A DNA stretch of 46,087 bases. Origin: an uncultured Halanaerobiales bacterium (lineage in GTDB: Bacteria > Bacillota > Halanaerobiia > Halanaerobiales > M55B127). Numbering within the stretch: position 1 is the stretch's first letter; the number at the start of each line of letters is the position of its first letter. The stretch is from assembly GCA_964642575.1 (NCBI GenBank), contig CAZXRH010000003.1, forward strand, positions 1 through 46,087, given 5' to 3'. Below the pieces are notes generated by a model. The model was not told where the DNA came from, ran no database searches, and saw nothing but the letters and a program-made list of their open reading frames with translations. The translations under genes and the position numbers were made by a program. This document shows, piece after piece, positions 25,498 through 34,800 of this stretch.

Positions 25498-27090
25498 TTA
25501 ATGTGCTTTTGGCTTCGCAGGTTCTATATTAATAGTGTTGCCTCTAATTTGATTATTCTTCATTATATTGAGGACTTCATGACCACTATTTTTAGGTACT
25601 TCTACAAAAGTAAAGTTCTCATAAATATCAATTACACCGATAAGATCGCCTGAAAGGCTAGTTTCTCCTGAAATAGCTCCTACAATATGCTTAGGAGAGA
25701 TATTATCTCTTTTTCCTTTATTTATAAATAATCTTACCATACCCGCTTCTGCACCTGTATCTTGGAAATTAACACTTTCTTGTTTTGTTTCCATATCTTC
25801 TTGTTTATCCATTGATTTTTTAAGCAGAGCAGCTGCAATTTCAATTGCTGTATAATCATTATCAATAAAGTTTTCAATGTAGTTTATATATTTTTCTAAT
25901 TGATTACCATCTATATATTCTAATAATTCGGATTCTATTTTTTCAAATCTAGCTTCTTCTATATCATCAAGAGTCGGTATATTTTTACGAGGTATACTTT
26001 TTTTAATATACTTTTGAATATCTTTTAATTTATAAATATCTTTTCCTACAATAAATGTAAAGGCTTTTCCATCATTTCCCGCTCTTCCGGTTCGTCCAAT
26101 TCTGTGAACATAATAATCGGTATCAAAGGGAACATCATAGTTAAACACAATCTCAATTCCATCAATATCAATACCGCGAGCGGCTACATTTGTGGCTACC
26201 AGTATTTCAGTAACTCCATTTTTAAATTTATTCATTACATGGTCACGTTGGTTTTGATTCAATCCGCCATGGATAGCATCGGAAGAATAACCACGCGCCT
26301 GTAGCTGCATATTTACACGATCTACTTCTTTACGGGTGTTACAGAATACTAAAGAAAGTTCTGGATTATATAAATCGACTAAGCGTGATAATACTTTTAG
26401 TTTATTACCTTTTCTAATTTCGAGATAATATTGTTCGATGGCTGGTACTGTTAATTTTTCATGTCCTACTTTTACAAACTTTGAGTTCTGTTGATATTTT
26501 CGGCTTAATTTTTTAATAGAATTTGGTATGGTTGCTGAAAAAAAGAGAGTCTTTTTATTATACGGAATATCCTGTAAGATAGTCTCTATATCGTCTATAA
26601 AGCCCATATCAAGCATTACATCAGCTTCATCTAATATTAGGTACTCTATGTTACTTAGATTAAGAGTTCCTCTTCTCATATGGTCCATAACTCTTCCCGG
26701 AGTACCTATAATTACCTGAACTCCTTTATTTAATGCTCTAATCTGTCTACTGATAGATTGTCCACCATAGACAGGTAAGGTCTTTATATTATTTTTATAT
26801 TTAGATAATCTTTTTAATTCTTCTGATACCTGAATTGCTAATTCACGAGTAGGACATAAAATAATAGCCTGTGGGTTATTATTATGAGGATCAATTTTTT
26901 CTAACATTGGTATTCCAAAGGCGGCAGTTTTGCCAGTACCGGTTTGGGCCTGTCCAATAACATCATTACCATTCATTATTGTGGGTATTGCTCTTGTCTG
27001 GATAGGGGTAGTTTCTTCAAATCCCATATCTTCTATTGCTCTCATTATTTCACTTGAAATATTTAATTCTTCAAATCTTATTTTTTGCAA
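25498..27090 (-). CDS. DEAD-box ATP-dependent RNA helicase with a C-terminal DbpA-type RNA-binding domain
   Basis: Q-motif region, AQTGTGKT, DEAD, SAT and HRIGRTGRAG. The C-terminal region MVRLFINKGKRDNISPKHIVGAI ... resembles a DbpA domain. TTG start after AGGAAGTGA. Confidence 0.9.
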   Translation of the reverse strand: MQKIRFEELNISSEIMRAIEDMGFEETTPIQTRAIPTIMNGNDVIGQAQTGTGKTAAFGIPMLEKIDPHNNNPQAIILCPTRELAIQVSEELKRLSKYKNNIKTLPVYGGQSISRQIRALNKGVQVIIGTPGRVMDHMRRGTLNLSNIEYLILDEADVMLDMGFIDDIETILQDIPYNKKTLFFSATIPNSIKKLSRKYQQNSKFVKVGHEKLTVPAIEQYYLEIRKGNKLKVLSRLVDLYNPELSLVFCNTRKEVDRVNMQLQARGYSSDAIHGGLNQNQRDHVMNKFKNGVTEILVATNVAARGIDIDGIEIVFNYDVPFDTDYYVHRIGRTGRAGNDGKAFTFIVGKDIYKLKDIQKYIKKSIPRKNIPTLDDIEEARFEKIESELLEYIDGNQLEKYINYIENFIDNDYTAIEIAAALLKKSMDKQEDMETKQESVNFQDTGAEAGMVRLFINKGKRDNISPKHIVGAISGETSLSGDLIGVIDIYENFTFVEVPKNSGHEVLNIMKNNQIRGNTINIEPAKPKAH

Positions 27091-27130
27091 GTTAATTTCA
27101 CTTCCTATTTAATTATTTTCTTTTTAGACA

Positions 27131-27163
27131 ATAAAAAACCCTGACTATTGATATAGTCAGGGG
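27131..27163 (-). terminator. Rho-independent terminator downstream of csp and upstream of the helicase gene
   Basis: CCCTGACTAT / ATAGTCAGGG 10-bp stem with a 4-nt loop, followed on the minus strand by TTTTTTATT. Confidence 0.8.
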
Positions 27164-27196
27164 TTAGTTGCTATATTTAAAATATATTTTTATATA

Positions 27197-27400
27197 TTAT
27201 AATGCAACAACGTTTTCAGCTTGTGGGCCGCGGTCTGCTTCAACAATTTCGAATTCTACGTCTTGGTCTTCTTCTAAAGACTTGTAACCATCATCTTGAA
27301 TTGCTGAAAAGTGAACAAATACATCGTCTCCGTTGTCTCTTTCAATAAAACCGTATCCCTTAGCTGAATCAAACCATTTTACTTTACCTGTGTAAATCAT
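27197..27400 (-). CDS. csp: Cold shock protein, CspA family
   Basis: RNP1 KGYGFI and RNP2 VFVHF. 67 aa, with SD AGGAGGAA. Confidence 0.95.
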   Translation of the reverse strand: MIYTGKVKWFDSAKGYGFIERDNGDDVFVHFSAIQDDGYKSLEEDQDVEFEIVEADRGPQAENVVAL

Positions 27401-27471
27401 TTAAATAAATTCCTCCTAAATTTTCTATAAGTGGGTAAAAAGTAATAGTTTTTTCTTACCCAACGAAACTA

Positions 27472-27500
27472 ACTATAACAGCTAGTGGAGAGAAAGTCAA
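27472..27500 (-). promoter_or_regulatory. Candidate sigma-A promoter of csp
   Basis: On the minus strand: TTGACT, 17 nt spacer, TATAGT. This leaves a leader of about 65-70 nt containing a GGGTAA/TTACCC hairpin. Confidence 0.55.
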
Positions 27501-27828
27501 ATCTTTTTGGGAAATAATTATAGATTTTTATAAATATTAATTCAGAAGTCTATATATGTTGAGGGGATAGGAGCCTTTTATAAATTTGATAAAGTAATCT
27601 TTTTATTATAAAATATTTATAAACACGAAATATTTAAATAATGAAATATAAGGTCTTTAAAACTTATTATATATTATAAATTGAATATTTGTGAATAAAT
27701 CATTTGATCAATTAGAAAAACCTCCCTTAATTAAATTATTTTTAGCTATTAAAAAAATAAAACTTCGATTATATTAATAATTGTTGGATATTTATATAAT
27801 TGGAGATTGAACAAAGGCGGTTAATAAT

Positions 27829-28017
27829 TTGAAAATAAAATTATTTTTCCTTGAATTTCTAAAATTTTTTTTAATAACCTTAACTATTGCTATATTTGTT
27901 ACTTATTTATGGAACTTGATAGTTCACAGTTATGGATTAGTTGATTGGGAAACATCATTTAGATTAGCGATAATCTTTGGCATAGTATTTGGAATCATTA
28001 ATACAAAAGAGCAATAG
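27829..28017 (+). CDS. Small hypothetical membrane protein (62 aa, two TM segments)
   Basis: TTG start with a weak SD. Two clear hydrophobic helices. Coding status is uncertain. Confidence 0.35.
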   Translation: MKIKLFFLEFLKFFLITLTIAIFVTYLWNLIVHSYGLVDWETSFRLAIIFGIVFGIINTKEQ

Positions 28018-28107
28018 AATCTATTTATTTTTTATATTTTTAAGAATATGTTATTTAATTAATGAGATTAGACGCATAAAATATCTGAATATATTAGGAG
28101 GGCAAAG

Positions 28108-28569
28108 ATGTCTACTCGCAAAAGTACAAAAGCTATTGATAAACTAATTAGAGATATTCATAAAAATTTAGTTAACTATACAAAGGGAAGTTTAAAAGAA
28201 AAAGGACTTACTTTACCAAGATTTTTAGTGATGTGGCATATCACAAAAGAACAACCAGTAAATATGAGTTATTTGCACGACAAGATGTATATGGCTCACA
28301 GCACTTTAACCGTAATAGTGGATAAACTAGTAGAAGATGAATTAGTTAAAAGATACCGGAATCCAGATGATAGAAGAATAGTATTATTAGAATTAACCAA
28401 AAAAGGTGATCAAAAGTTATGTGATATGCTAGATATTAGACAGGGTTTTTTAGAAAAGGCTTTACAAGATTTAGAAAAAGAGGATCAAAAACAATTAATA
28501 GATCTCCTATCTATAGTATTAGATAACTTAGTTAATATACAAAAAGAAGGTGACCTACAAGATGAGTGA
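28108..28569 (+). CDS. MarR family transcriptional regulator
   Basis: Winged-helix core (LTLPRFLVMWHI ... STLTVIVDKLVEDELVKRYRNPDDRR). SD AGGAGGG. Confidence 0.85.
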   Translation: MSTRKSTKAIDKLIRDIHKNLVNYTKGSLKEKGLTLPRFLVMWHITKEQPVNMSYLHDKMYMAHSTLTVIVDKLVEDELVKRYRNPDDRRIVLLELTKKGDQKLCDMLDIRQGFLEKALQDLEKEDQKQLIDLLSIVLDNLVNIQKEGDLQDE

Positions 28570-29980
28570 ATTTGACCTTGATAATGAAGAAATTAAAAAA
28601 GAAAATATTCCTAAAAACCCTAGGATAAATAATAGAGAGGCTATCTTAAATGGTCCAATTGCAAGTACAATCTTTAAGTTAGCCTGGCCGGTAATGGTAG
28701 GAAATACCATGCAGGTAGTATACAATTTAGCAGATACATTTTGGCTGGGTAAATTAGGAGCTGAGGCGGTGGCTGCTTTATCAATTGGTTTCCCTTTAAT
28801 ATTTTTAATGATCTCAATTGGAGCCGGTTTAACCATTGCAGGAACCACCCTGGTGGCCCAATATATGGGGGCAGGTGACCAGGAGATGACAAATAAAGTT
28901 ACTGGTCAGATATTTTTGTTTGTTGGTATACTATCCATTATTTTAGCCGGAATAGGAGTTATTTTTAATCATCAGGTCTTACAATTAATGGGAGCACCAG
29001 CTAACATTATTGGGGATGCTACAGATTATTTAAATATAATATTTGCTGGAGTACCATTTATGTTTGCGTTCTTTATATTTTCTGCTCTTTTAAGAGGATA
29101 TGGAGATACTAAGACACCAATGAAGTTTATGGTGGCTTCAACGTTATTGAATATAATTATTGACCCTTTATTGATCTTTGGAGTAGGTTTTCTACCTCAA
29201 TTAGGAGTTAGAGGTGCTGCTTATGCAACAGTTTTTTCCCGAGCAGTAGCTGGTATCTACGGAATTTACCTACTATTTAAAGGAAATAAAGGTCTAGAAT
29301 TAACTTGGAAATCTCTTAAACCTGATTTTAAAGTGATAAAGAAGATCTTAGTATTAGGTTTTCCTTCTGCTGGTGAACAGTCGGTTGTTGCTCTTGGCAT
29401 GACAGTTTTAATGAGTATTGTTTCCGAATTTGGAACCATGGTAGTAGCTGCCTATGGAATTGGTTCTAGAATATTATCAGTTGTAATGCTTCCTTCTAGA
29501 GGAATTGCTACTGCTACAACTACAATGGTAGGCCAAAATTTAGGTGCAGAAAAAGTTAACAGAGCGGAAAAGAGTGCCTGGGTTAGTTCTGGCATCATAT
29601 TTGCCTTACTAACTGCCTTAGCAGTTATATTTAATATTTTTCCTGGTAGAATAATATCAGTATTTAATTCCAACCCTGAAGTTGTTGAAATTGGGGTTTC
29701 CTTTTTAAGAATAGTAGGATTTTCCTTTGGTTTTCTGGGTGTTAGATTCATACTGGGTGGTTCTTTTAGAGGAGCAGGAAATACTGTTGTAGCAATGGTA
29801 CTGGCTATAATTGCTCTTTGGGGATTAAGACTACCTTTAGCTCAATATTTAAGTATAAACCTTGACTGGGGTACTAATGGTATCTGGTGGGGTATGTTTT
29901 ATTCTAACTTCATAACTGCCATAATTGCTGTGTTCTGGTTTAAAAGAGGTGGCTGGAAAGAAAAAGCTATAGAAAAATAA
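28562..29980 (+). CDS. MATE family efflux transporter
   Basis: 12-TM protein with MATE-typical GLGAEAVAA and GQNLGA motifs. ATG 28562 overlaps the marR stop by 8 nt (ATGAGTGA). Confidence 0.88.
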   Translation: MSEFDLDNEEIKKENIPKNPRINNREAILNGPIASTIFKLAWPVMVGNTMQVVYNLADTFWLGKLGAEAVAALSIGFPLIFLMISIGAGLTIAGTTLVAQYMGAGDQEMTNKVTGQIFLFVGILSIILAGIGVIFNHQVLQLMGAPANIIGDATDYLNIIFAGVPFMFAFFIFSALLRGYGDTKTPMKFMVASTLLNIIIDPLLIFGVGFLPQLGVRGAAYATVFSRAVAGIYGIYLLFKGNKGLELTWKSLKPDFKVIKKILVLGFPSAGEQSVVALGMTVLMSIVSEFGTMVVAAYGIGSRILSVVMLPSRGIATATTTMVGQNLGAEKVNRAEKSAWVSSGIIFALLTALAVIFNIFPGRIISVFNSNPEVVEIGVSFLRIVGFSFGFLGVRFILGGSFRGAGNTVVAMVLAIIALWGLRLPLAQYLSINLDWGTNGIWWGMFYSNFITAIIAVFWFKRGGWKEKAIEK

Positions 29981-30069
29981 GATTGAGAAGTAAAACATTT
30001 ACTATAAATAATCATTAAGATTCTGATATTATTATGCTTAGTAAACAATATATCTATACGAGGAGGGTT

Positions 30070-30423
30070 ATGATGGAAAAGTTTAATATAGATGATTATA
30101 TTGTTGCCCCGGAAGAAAGTGTAGCTAAAAGAGTTATATATAAAGATGAAAATACTCTTGCCTTTATCTTAAGTATTGCACCAGGCAAATCATTACCAGA
30201 CCATACCCATGAAAACAGTACTCTTATGATTCAGATCTTAAAGGGAGAAGGCATTATTAATATCGATGGAAGTCCTGTCTCTGTTGAGAAAAATCATTTA
30301 GTCCAATTAGAAGGACAAGAAGAGATGTCAGTTGATAATACGGGAGAAGAGATTCTCGAGTTATATGTGACAATTTCCCCCCAACCATTATCTGATAGAT
30401 ATTCACAAAATGCAGATTTATAA
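30070..30423 (+). CDS. Cupin domain protein
   Basis: Cupin motif PDHTHENSTLMIQILKGEG. ATG 30070 follows GAGGAGGG. Confidence 0.75.
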   Translation: MMEKFNIDDYIVAPEESVAKRVIYKDENTLAFILSIAPGKSLPDHTHENSTLMIQILKGEGIINIDGSPVSVEKNHLVQLEGQEEMSVDNTGEEILELYVTISPQPLSDRYSQNADL

Positions 30424-30435
30424 TTATCTATAAAA

Positions 30436-30466
30436 AGAGGTAGCTTTTGCTATCTCTTTTTTTTAA
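30436..30466 (+). terminator. Rho-independent terminator
   Basis: AGAGGTAGC / GCTATCTCT stem (one G-U pair) followed by T8. Confidence 0.75.
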
Positions 30467-30632
30467 TGGTAAAAATATAATAATATTAATGTTAACAAAA
30501 TGTTAAAAATATGAAAAATTAGTAAAACTATAAAGTTTTTAAAGGAATCTTAAGTTTTACAGTTAATATATTATATTGAAAGATGAGTATTTAAATAATA
30601 TTAATTACTATTATTAAGGGGATGATTTTTTA

Positions 30633-31517
30633 ATGAAAAAGTTTGTTATGACATTTTTAGTAGTAGCCTTACTAGTAACATTTGCTGCTCCGGGTTTTGT
30701 ATCTGCTGATAATCACAAACCTGACAAATTAGTTTTAGGTATGGTACCTTCCCGTGAAGCATCCAAATTGGTTAATGACCTTCAGCCATTAGCTGATTTG
30801 CTATCTGAAGAACTAGGTGTTGAGGTAGATCACTTCATTTCTACCAGTTATACTGGCCTAATCGAGGCAATTGGTACTGGTAAAATTGATATGGGACTAT
30901 TTGGATCATTTGCTATGGTATTAGCTGATCAAAGACATGACGTTAATTTCCTAGTAAATACAGTTCGTTATGGAGCTAACCGTTATAGAGGTCAGTTCAT
31001 AGTACAAACAGATAGTGGTATTGAAAGCATGGAAGATTTAGAAGGAAAATCTATTGCTTTTGTTGATCCTGCTTCTACAAGTGGTTACTTATTCCCATAT
31101 GTTTATCTAAAAAATCAGGTAGGTATTGATCCTGACCAAGATATGCAAACAACTTTTGCTGGTGGACATGATGCAGCGGCTTTAGCTGTATATAATGGTG
31201 ATGTTGATGTAGCAGTTACATTTGAAGATGCCCGGACTGCCATTGAAGATGAACATCCCGATGTAATGGACAAATTAAAAGTTGTTGGTTATACTAACTA
31301 TATTCCTAATGATGGTTTAGTAGCACGTAATGGTTTAAGTGATGAGTTCACTCAACAAATTGAAGATGTTTTCTTAGAAATTGGAGATACTGAAGAAGAA
31401 GTTCAAATGCTGGATGCAATCTTTAATGCGAGTGGATTTGCTAAGGTTACCAGTGAAGACTATGATGTTGTAAGAGAAACTTATGAAGAAATGAAAGACC
31501 AGATTGAAGGTCTATAA
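30633..31517 (+). CDS. phnD: Phosphonate/phosphite/phosphate ABC transporter substrate-binding protein
   Basis: Signal peptide. PhnD-typical LVLGMVPS, YTGLIEA and GKIDMGLFG. Followed by phnC and two phnE genes. Confidence 0.88.
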   Translation: MKKFVMTFLVVALLVTFAAPGFVSADNHKPDKLVLGMVPSREASKLVNDLQPLADLLSEELGVEVDHFISTSYTGLIEAIGTGKIDMGLFGSFAMVLADQRHDVNFLVNTVRYGANRYRGQFIVQTDSGIESMEDLEGKSIAFVDPASTSGYLFPYVYLKNQVGIDPDQDMQTTFAGGHDAAALAVYNGDVDVAVTFEDARTAIEDEHPDVMDKLKVVGYTNYIPNDGLVARNGLSDEFTQQIEDVFLEIGDTEEEVQMLDAIFNASGFAKVTSEDYDVVRETYEEMKDQIEGL

Positions 31518-31587
31518 TACAAATATAAGAAAAATATAAAGATTTTACGGTTCAACCAGAAAAATATATTAATAATATAAACAAAGG

Positions 31588-31610
31588 GGGATGCCGATTT
31601 ACGGCATCCC
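31588..31610 (+). other. GC-rich intercistronic stem-loop between phnD and phnC
   Basis: GGGATGCCG / CGGCATCCC 9-bp perfect stem with no T-run. Looks like a stabiliser or attenuator. Confidence 0.6.
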
Positions 31611-31656
31611 TGCTTAATGTTATTCAATGAAACTAGTTTAGGGGGCTATTTATTAA

Positions 31657-32442
31657 ATGAGTGTTCTAGAATACAAAAACCTCTCCGTTACCTATCCAGG
31701 TGGTGTTGAGGCCTTAAAAAATGTTAGTTTTGAAATTGAAAAAGGTGAATTTATTGTTGTAGTAGGTTTAAGTGGTGCCGGTAAATCGACATTACTGCGT
31801 GCTACTAACCGCCTTGTAGATGCTACAGGTGGTGAAGTGCTTTTTAATAATCAAGACATAACTAAAGTCAATAAAAGAGAACTAAGGGATATTAGAAGTG
31901 ATATAGGAATGATCTTTCAGAGCTTTAACTTAATTAAAAGATCTTCAGTATTTAGAAATGTGATGGCAGGCAGAGCTTCTCACCTTCCAACCTGGAGAAA
32001 TCTTTTAGGAATATATCCTGAACATGATAAAGATATTGTCTTCAATAGTTTAGATAGGGTTAATATTTTAGAAAAAGCTTTTGCCCGTGCTGATGAACTT
32101 TCCGGAGGTCAGCAGCAGAGAGTTGGTATTGCAAGGGCATTAGCTCAAGAACCACAAGTTATGTTAGCAGATGAACCAGTTGCTTCTTTAGATCCACCAA
32201 CTTCTCATATGGTTATGAAGGACTTGCAGAATATAAACAGAGAGTTAGGTATTACAGTAATAGTTAACTTACACTTCATCGATTTAGCTAAAGAATATGG
32301 TGAAAGAATAATTGGTCTTAATAACGGAGAATTAGTTTTTGATGGACCAGCTGAAGCAACTGATAAAGAAACCTTTGAAATGATTTATGGACGTTCAATA
32401 ACTGCTGAAGAGGAAATTGGGCGTGATAGTAGTGTCATCTAA
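31657..32442 (+). CDS. phnC: Phosphonate ABC transporter ATP-binding protein
   Basis: Walker A GLSGAGKST, signature LSGGQQQRV and Walker B MLADEPVASLD. Confidence 0.9.
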   Translation: MSVLEYKNLSVTYPGGVEALKNVSFEIEKGEFIVVVGLSGAGKSTLLRATNRLVDATGGEVLFNNQDITKVNKRELRDIRSDIGMIFQSFNLIKRSSVFRNVMAGRASHLPTWRNLLGIYPEHDKDIVFNSLDRVNILEKAFARADELSGGQQQRVGIARALAQEPQVMLADEPVASLDPPTSHMVMKDLQNINRELGITVIVNLHFIDLAKEYGERIIGLNNGELVFDGPAEATDKETFEMIYGRSITAEEEIGRDSSVI

Positions 32443-33238
32443 TAGTAATTTTGATGTATCTAAAATACCTAGACCGAATAAATCTTTAAAAAGAAACTGG
32501 ACCATTGGATTATTAATTGCTTTTGCATTTTTAGTTTATAGTGCTAGAAATACCGGTTTTAATTTTAATACGGTTGCCGATGGATTACCTGACTTTTTCC
32601 GGTTAATTAGACAAATGTATCCTCCAAAATGGGCTACTTTTCCTAGTTTAATAGAACCTTTTATTGAAACTATTCAAATTGCGATTGTAGGTACTTTTAT
32701 TGGTGCAGTAATTGCGATACCTGTTAGTCTATTAGCAGCTAATACAGTAAATAAAAATAATAAACTGTATTTAGTAAGTAAATTTATCATGAACTTAATT
32801 AGGACAGTACCAAGAATTTTATATGCGGCTGTATTTGTAGCTGCAGTAGGTATTGGACCTTTTCCAGGTGTAATTGCCCTTATCTTTTTCTCTTTAGCAA
32901 TTGTTGCTAAACTTACTAGTGAAAGTTTAGAAGCAATTGATACAGGTCCTATTGAAGCGATAGAAACCTCTGGTGCTAATAAATTAGAGGTTATCCTTTA
33001 CTCTGTAGTGCCTCAGATTGCACCCAGTTATATAAGTTATAGTCTTTATGTTTTTGAAGTTAATATCAGAACTTCTACTGTTTTAGGTTTAGTAGGTGCT
33101 GGTGGTATTGGACAGACCTTAATGACCTCTCTTAATCTATTTATGTATCAGAGAGCGGCAACTATCATTGTAGCAACCTTTGCACTGGTAATTATAATTG
33201 ACCTGGTCAGCACTAAGTTAAGAGAGAGGTTGATATAA
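32417..33238 (+). CDS. phnE: Phosphonate ABC transporter permease
   Basis: PhnE-type permease (IDTGPIEAIETSGANKLEVI EAA loop). The start is uncertain: TTG 32417, GVG 32423 or GTG 32432, all overlapping the phnC end. Confidence 0.85.
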   Translation: MGVIVVSSNSNFDVSKIPRPNKSLKRNWTIGLLIAFAFLVYSARNTGFNFNTVADGLPDFFRLIRQMYPPKWATFPSLIEPFIETIQIAIVGTFIGAVIAIPVSLLAANTVNKNNKLYLVSKFIMNLIRTVPRILYAAVFVAAVGIGPFPGVIALIFFSLAIVAKLTSESLEAIDTGPIEAIETSGANKLEVILYSVVPQIAPSYISYSLYVFEVNIRTSTVLGLVGAGGIGQTLMTSLNLFMYQRAATIIVATFALVIIIDLVSTKLRERLI

Positions 33239-33239
33239 T

Positions 33240-34022
33240 ATGAGACCTGAAAGTAATGTACGTAAAAGAGATAAATTTATTAGATGGAGCGCCTTTATTC
33301 TTTCTGTTATAGTATTAATATGGGCTACTTTAGGAGTTAATATAAATTTTGGAGAGCTAATAGCAGGCATTTCATCAATTGTAAACATATTTGGATTAAT
33401 GTTTCCACCCGATATGTCTTATTTAAGTAACACATTAGTAAGAATGATGGAGTCTGTAACTATCGCATTTTTAGGTACAGCAATTGGCAGTGTCTTAGCA
33501 GTACCAGTTGCTTTTATTGCAGCTCAAAATTTATTTGCATCAAGTTTTGTTTCTTGGTTGGGAAGACAGATTTTAAATGCAATTAGGACTTTTCCATCAT
33601 TAATTTTAGCTGTATTTTTTGTTGCATCATTTGGACCCGGTCAATTGGCTGGTCTATTGGCAGTAGGTATTCACTCTACTGGAATGTTAGGTAAATTATA
33701 TACCGATGTTATTGAAGACATTGATACTGGACCAATCAGTGCGATGGAGGCTAGTGGTGCAAACAAGTTAGAAGTGCTTTGGTATGCTGTATTCCCACAG
33801 ATCTTACCAGAATTTATTGCTACTTCTATTTATAGATTTGAAATTAATATGAGAGCTTCCACAGTACTTGGACTTGTAGGTGCTGGTGGAATTGGTGTAA
33901 TCTTAAGTCAGGCACTTAATTATAGAAGATGGCCTGTTGTAGGAATTGCCTTAATTGTAATTGTTATAGGTGTAACTATAGTTGACTATTCCAGTGCTTA
34001 CTTAAGAAAGAAAATTGTTTAA
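33240..34022 (+). CDS. phnE: Phosphonate ABC transporter permease (second copy)
   Basis: Paralogous EAA loop IDTGPISAMEASGANKLEVL. The ATG lies 1 nt after the upstream stop. Confidence 0.88.
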   Translation: MRPESNVRKRDKFIRWSAFILSVIVLIWATLGVNINFGELIAGISSIVNIFGLMFPPDMSYLSNTLVRMMESVTIAFLGTAIGSVLAVPVAFIAAQNLFASSFVSWLGRQILNAIRTFPSLILAVFFVASFGPGQLAGLLAVGIHSTGMLGKLYTDVIEDIDTGPISAMEASGANKLEVLWYAVFPQILPEFIATSIYRFEINMRASTVLGLVGAGGIGVILSQALNYRRWPVVGIALIVIVIGVTIVDYSSAYLRKKIV

Positions 34023-34070
34023 ACAAATGAAACACAAATTTCATTGGATTATATTGAGGAGTATGAATTT

Positions 34071-34640
34071 ATGAATCAAAAACCGATTATATATCTAGAT
34101 ATGGATGGGGTTTCTACCAAATTTGTGACTAAAGCTATTAAAGTCAATGGCAAAGACCCTGAAAAGATAATTGATAAATGGGATAATAGCCATCGTGGAA
34201 ACTATGCAGTAGATGAAATCATGGGGATTACAAGAGAAAACTTTTGGAAAAATATTCATCAACATGGTGAAGATTTCTGGAGAGATCTCGAAGAATATCC
34301 CTGGTTTCAAGAATTATATGAAAAGTTAAATGATATTACAGAAGTAGTATTTTTAACTACTCCTACTAATTTTGGATATTGTCTGGAAGGTAAGTTAAAG
34401 TGGCTTAAAGATAGATTTGGAGGAGAGTTTAATAACTACATTTTTACTTTCCATAAACACTTTATTGCAGATGAAAAATCATTATTAATAGATGATTATG
34501 ATGGCAATATAGAAAATTTTGAAAAATGGGGTGGCAGAGGAGTACTTTTCCCCCAAATTTGGAATAAAAACCACGAAATTGAAGATGGGGTAGAATATAC
34601 TTTAGAGCAAGTAAATGAATGGTATGAGAGAGTAAAATAG
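34071..34640 (+). CDS. HAD-superfamily hydrolase, 5'(3')-deoxyribonucleotidase (NT5C)-like
   Basis: HAD motif I LDMDGV near the N-terminus and an LIDD motif near the C-terminus. ATG 34071 sits 8 nt after GAGGAG. Confidence 0.6.
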   Translation: MNQKPIIYLDMDGVSTKFVTKAIKVNGKDPEKIIDKWDNSHRGNYAVDEIMGITRENFWKNIHQHGEDFWRDLEEYPWFQELYEKLNDITEVVFLTTPTNFGYCLEGKLKWLKDRFGGEFNNYIFTFHKHFIADEKSLLIDDYDGNIENFEKWGGRGVLFPQIWNKNHEIEDGVEYTLEQVNEWYERVK

Positions 34641-34671
34641 AGTAATAAAAAATATAATAGTTTTAAACATT

Positions 34672-34699
34672 AACCAGCAGTTTATCTGCTGGTTTTTTC
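34672..34699 (+). terminator. Rho-independent terminator ending the phn operon
   Basis: AACCAGCAG / CTGCTGGTT stem followed by T6. Confidence 0.85.
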
Positions 34700-34800
34700 T
34701 TTGCATAATAAATTTTAGGCTTGCTTTAGAAGATAATAAGTTATATAATAAAGTCATGAACAAAAAATAAAAATATTCATAGAATCAAAGAGGTGAAAAA

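Noticed and set aside
25079-27112. ORFs 25079..25318 (-), 26104..26304 (+), 26528..26719 (+) and 26930..27112 (+)
   Set aside because: They are antisense to arsC and to the DEAD-box helicase gene. They have no signals.
27501-27828. ~330-nt non-coding AT-rich spacer between the csp promoter and the next plus-strand gene, considered as an sRNA or riboswitch locus
   Set aside because: I could not find conserved-looking structure, a terminator, or a promoter pair defining a discrete transcript. The SD-like AAGGGAGG on the minus strand (around 27719..27726) is followed only by 3- to 9-codon ORFs.
28555-29751. Three minus-strand ORFs inside the MATE gene (28555..28848, 28674..28892, 29452..29751)
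   Set aside because: They are antisense shadows of a hydrophobic membrane protein gene.
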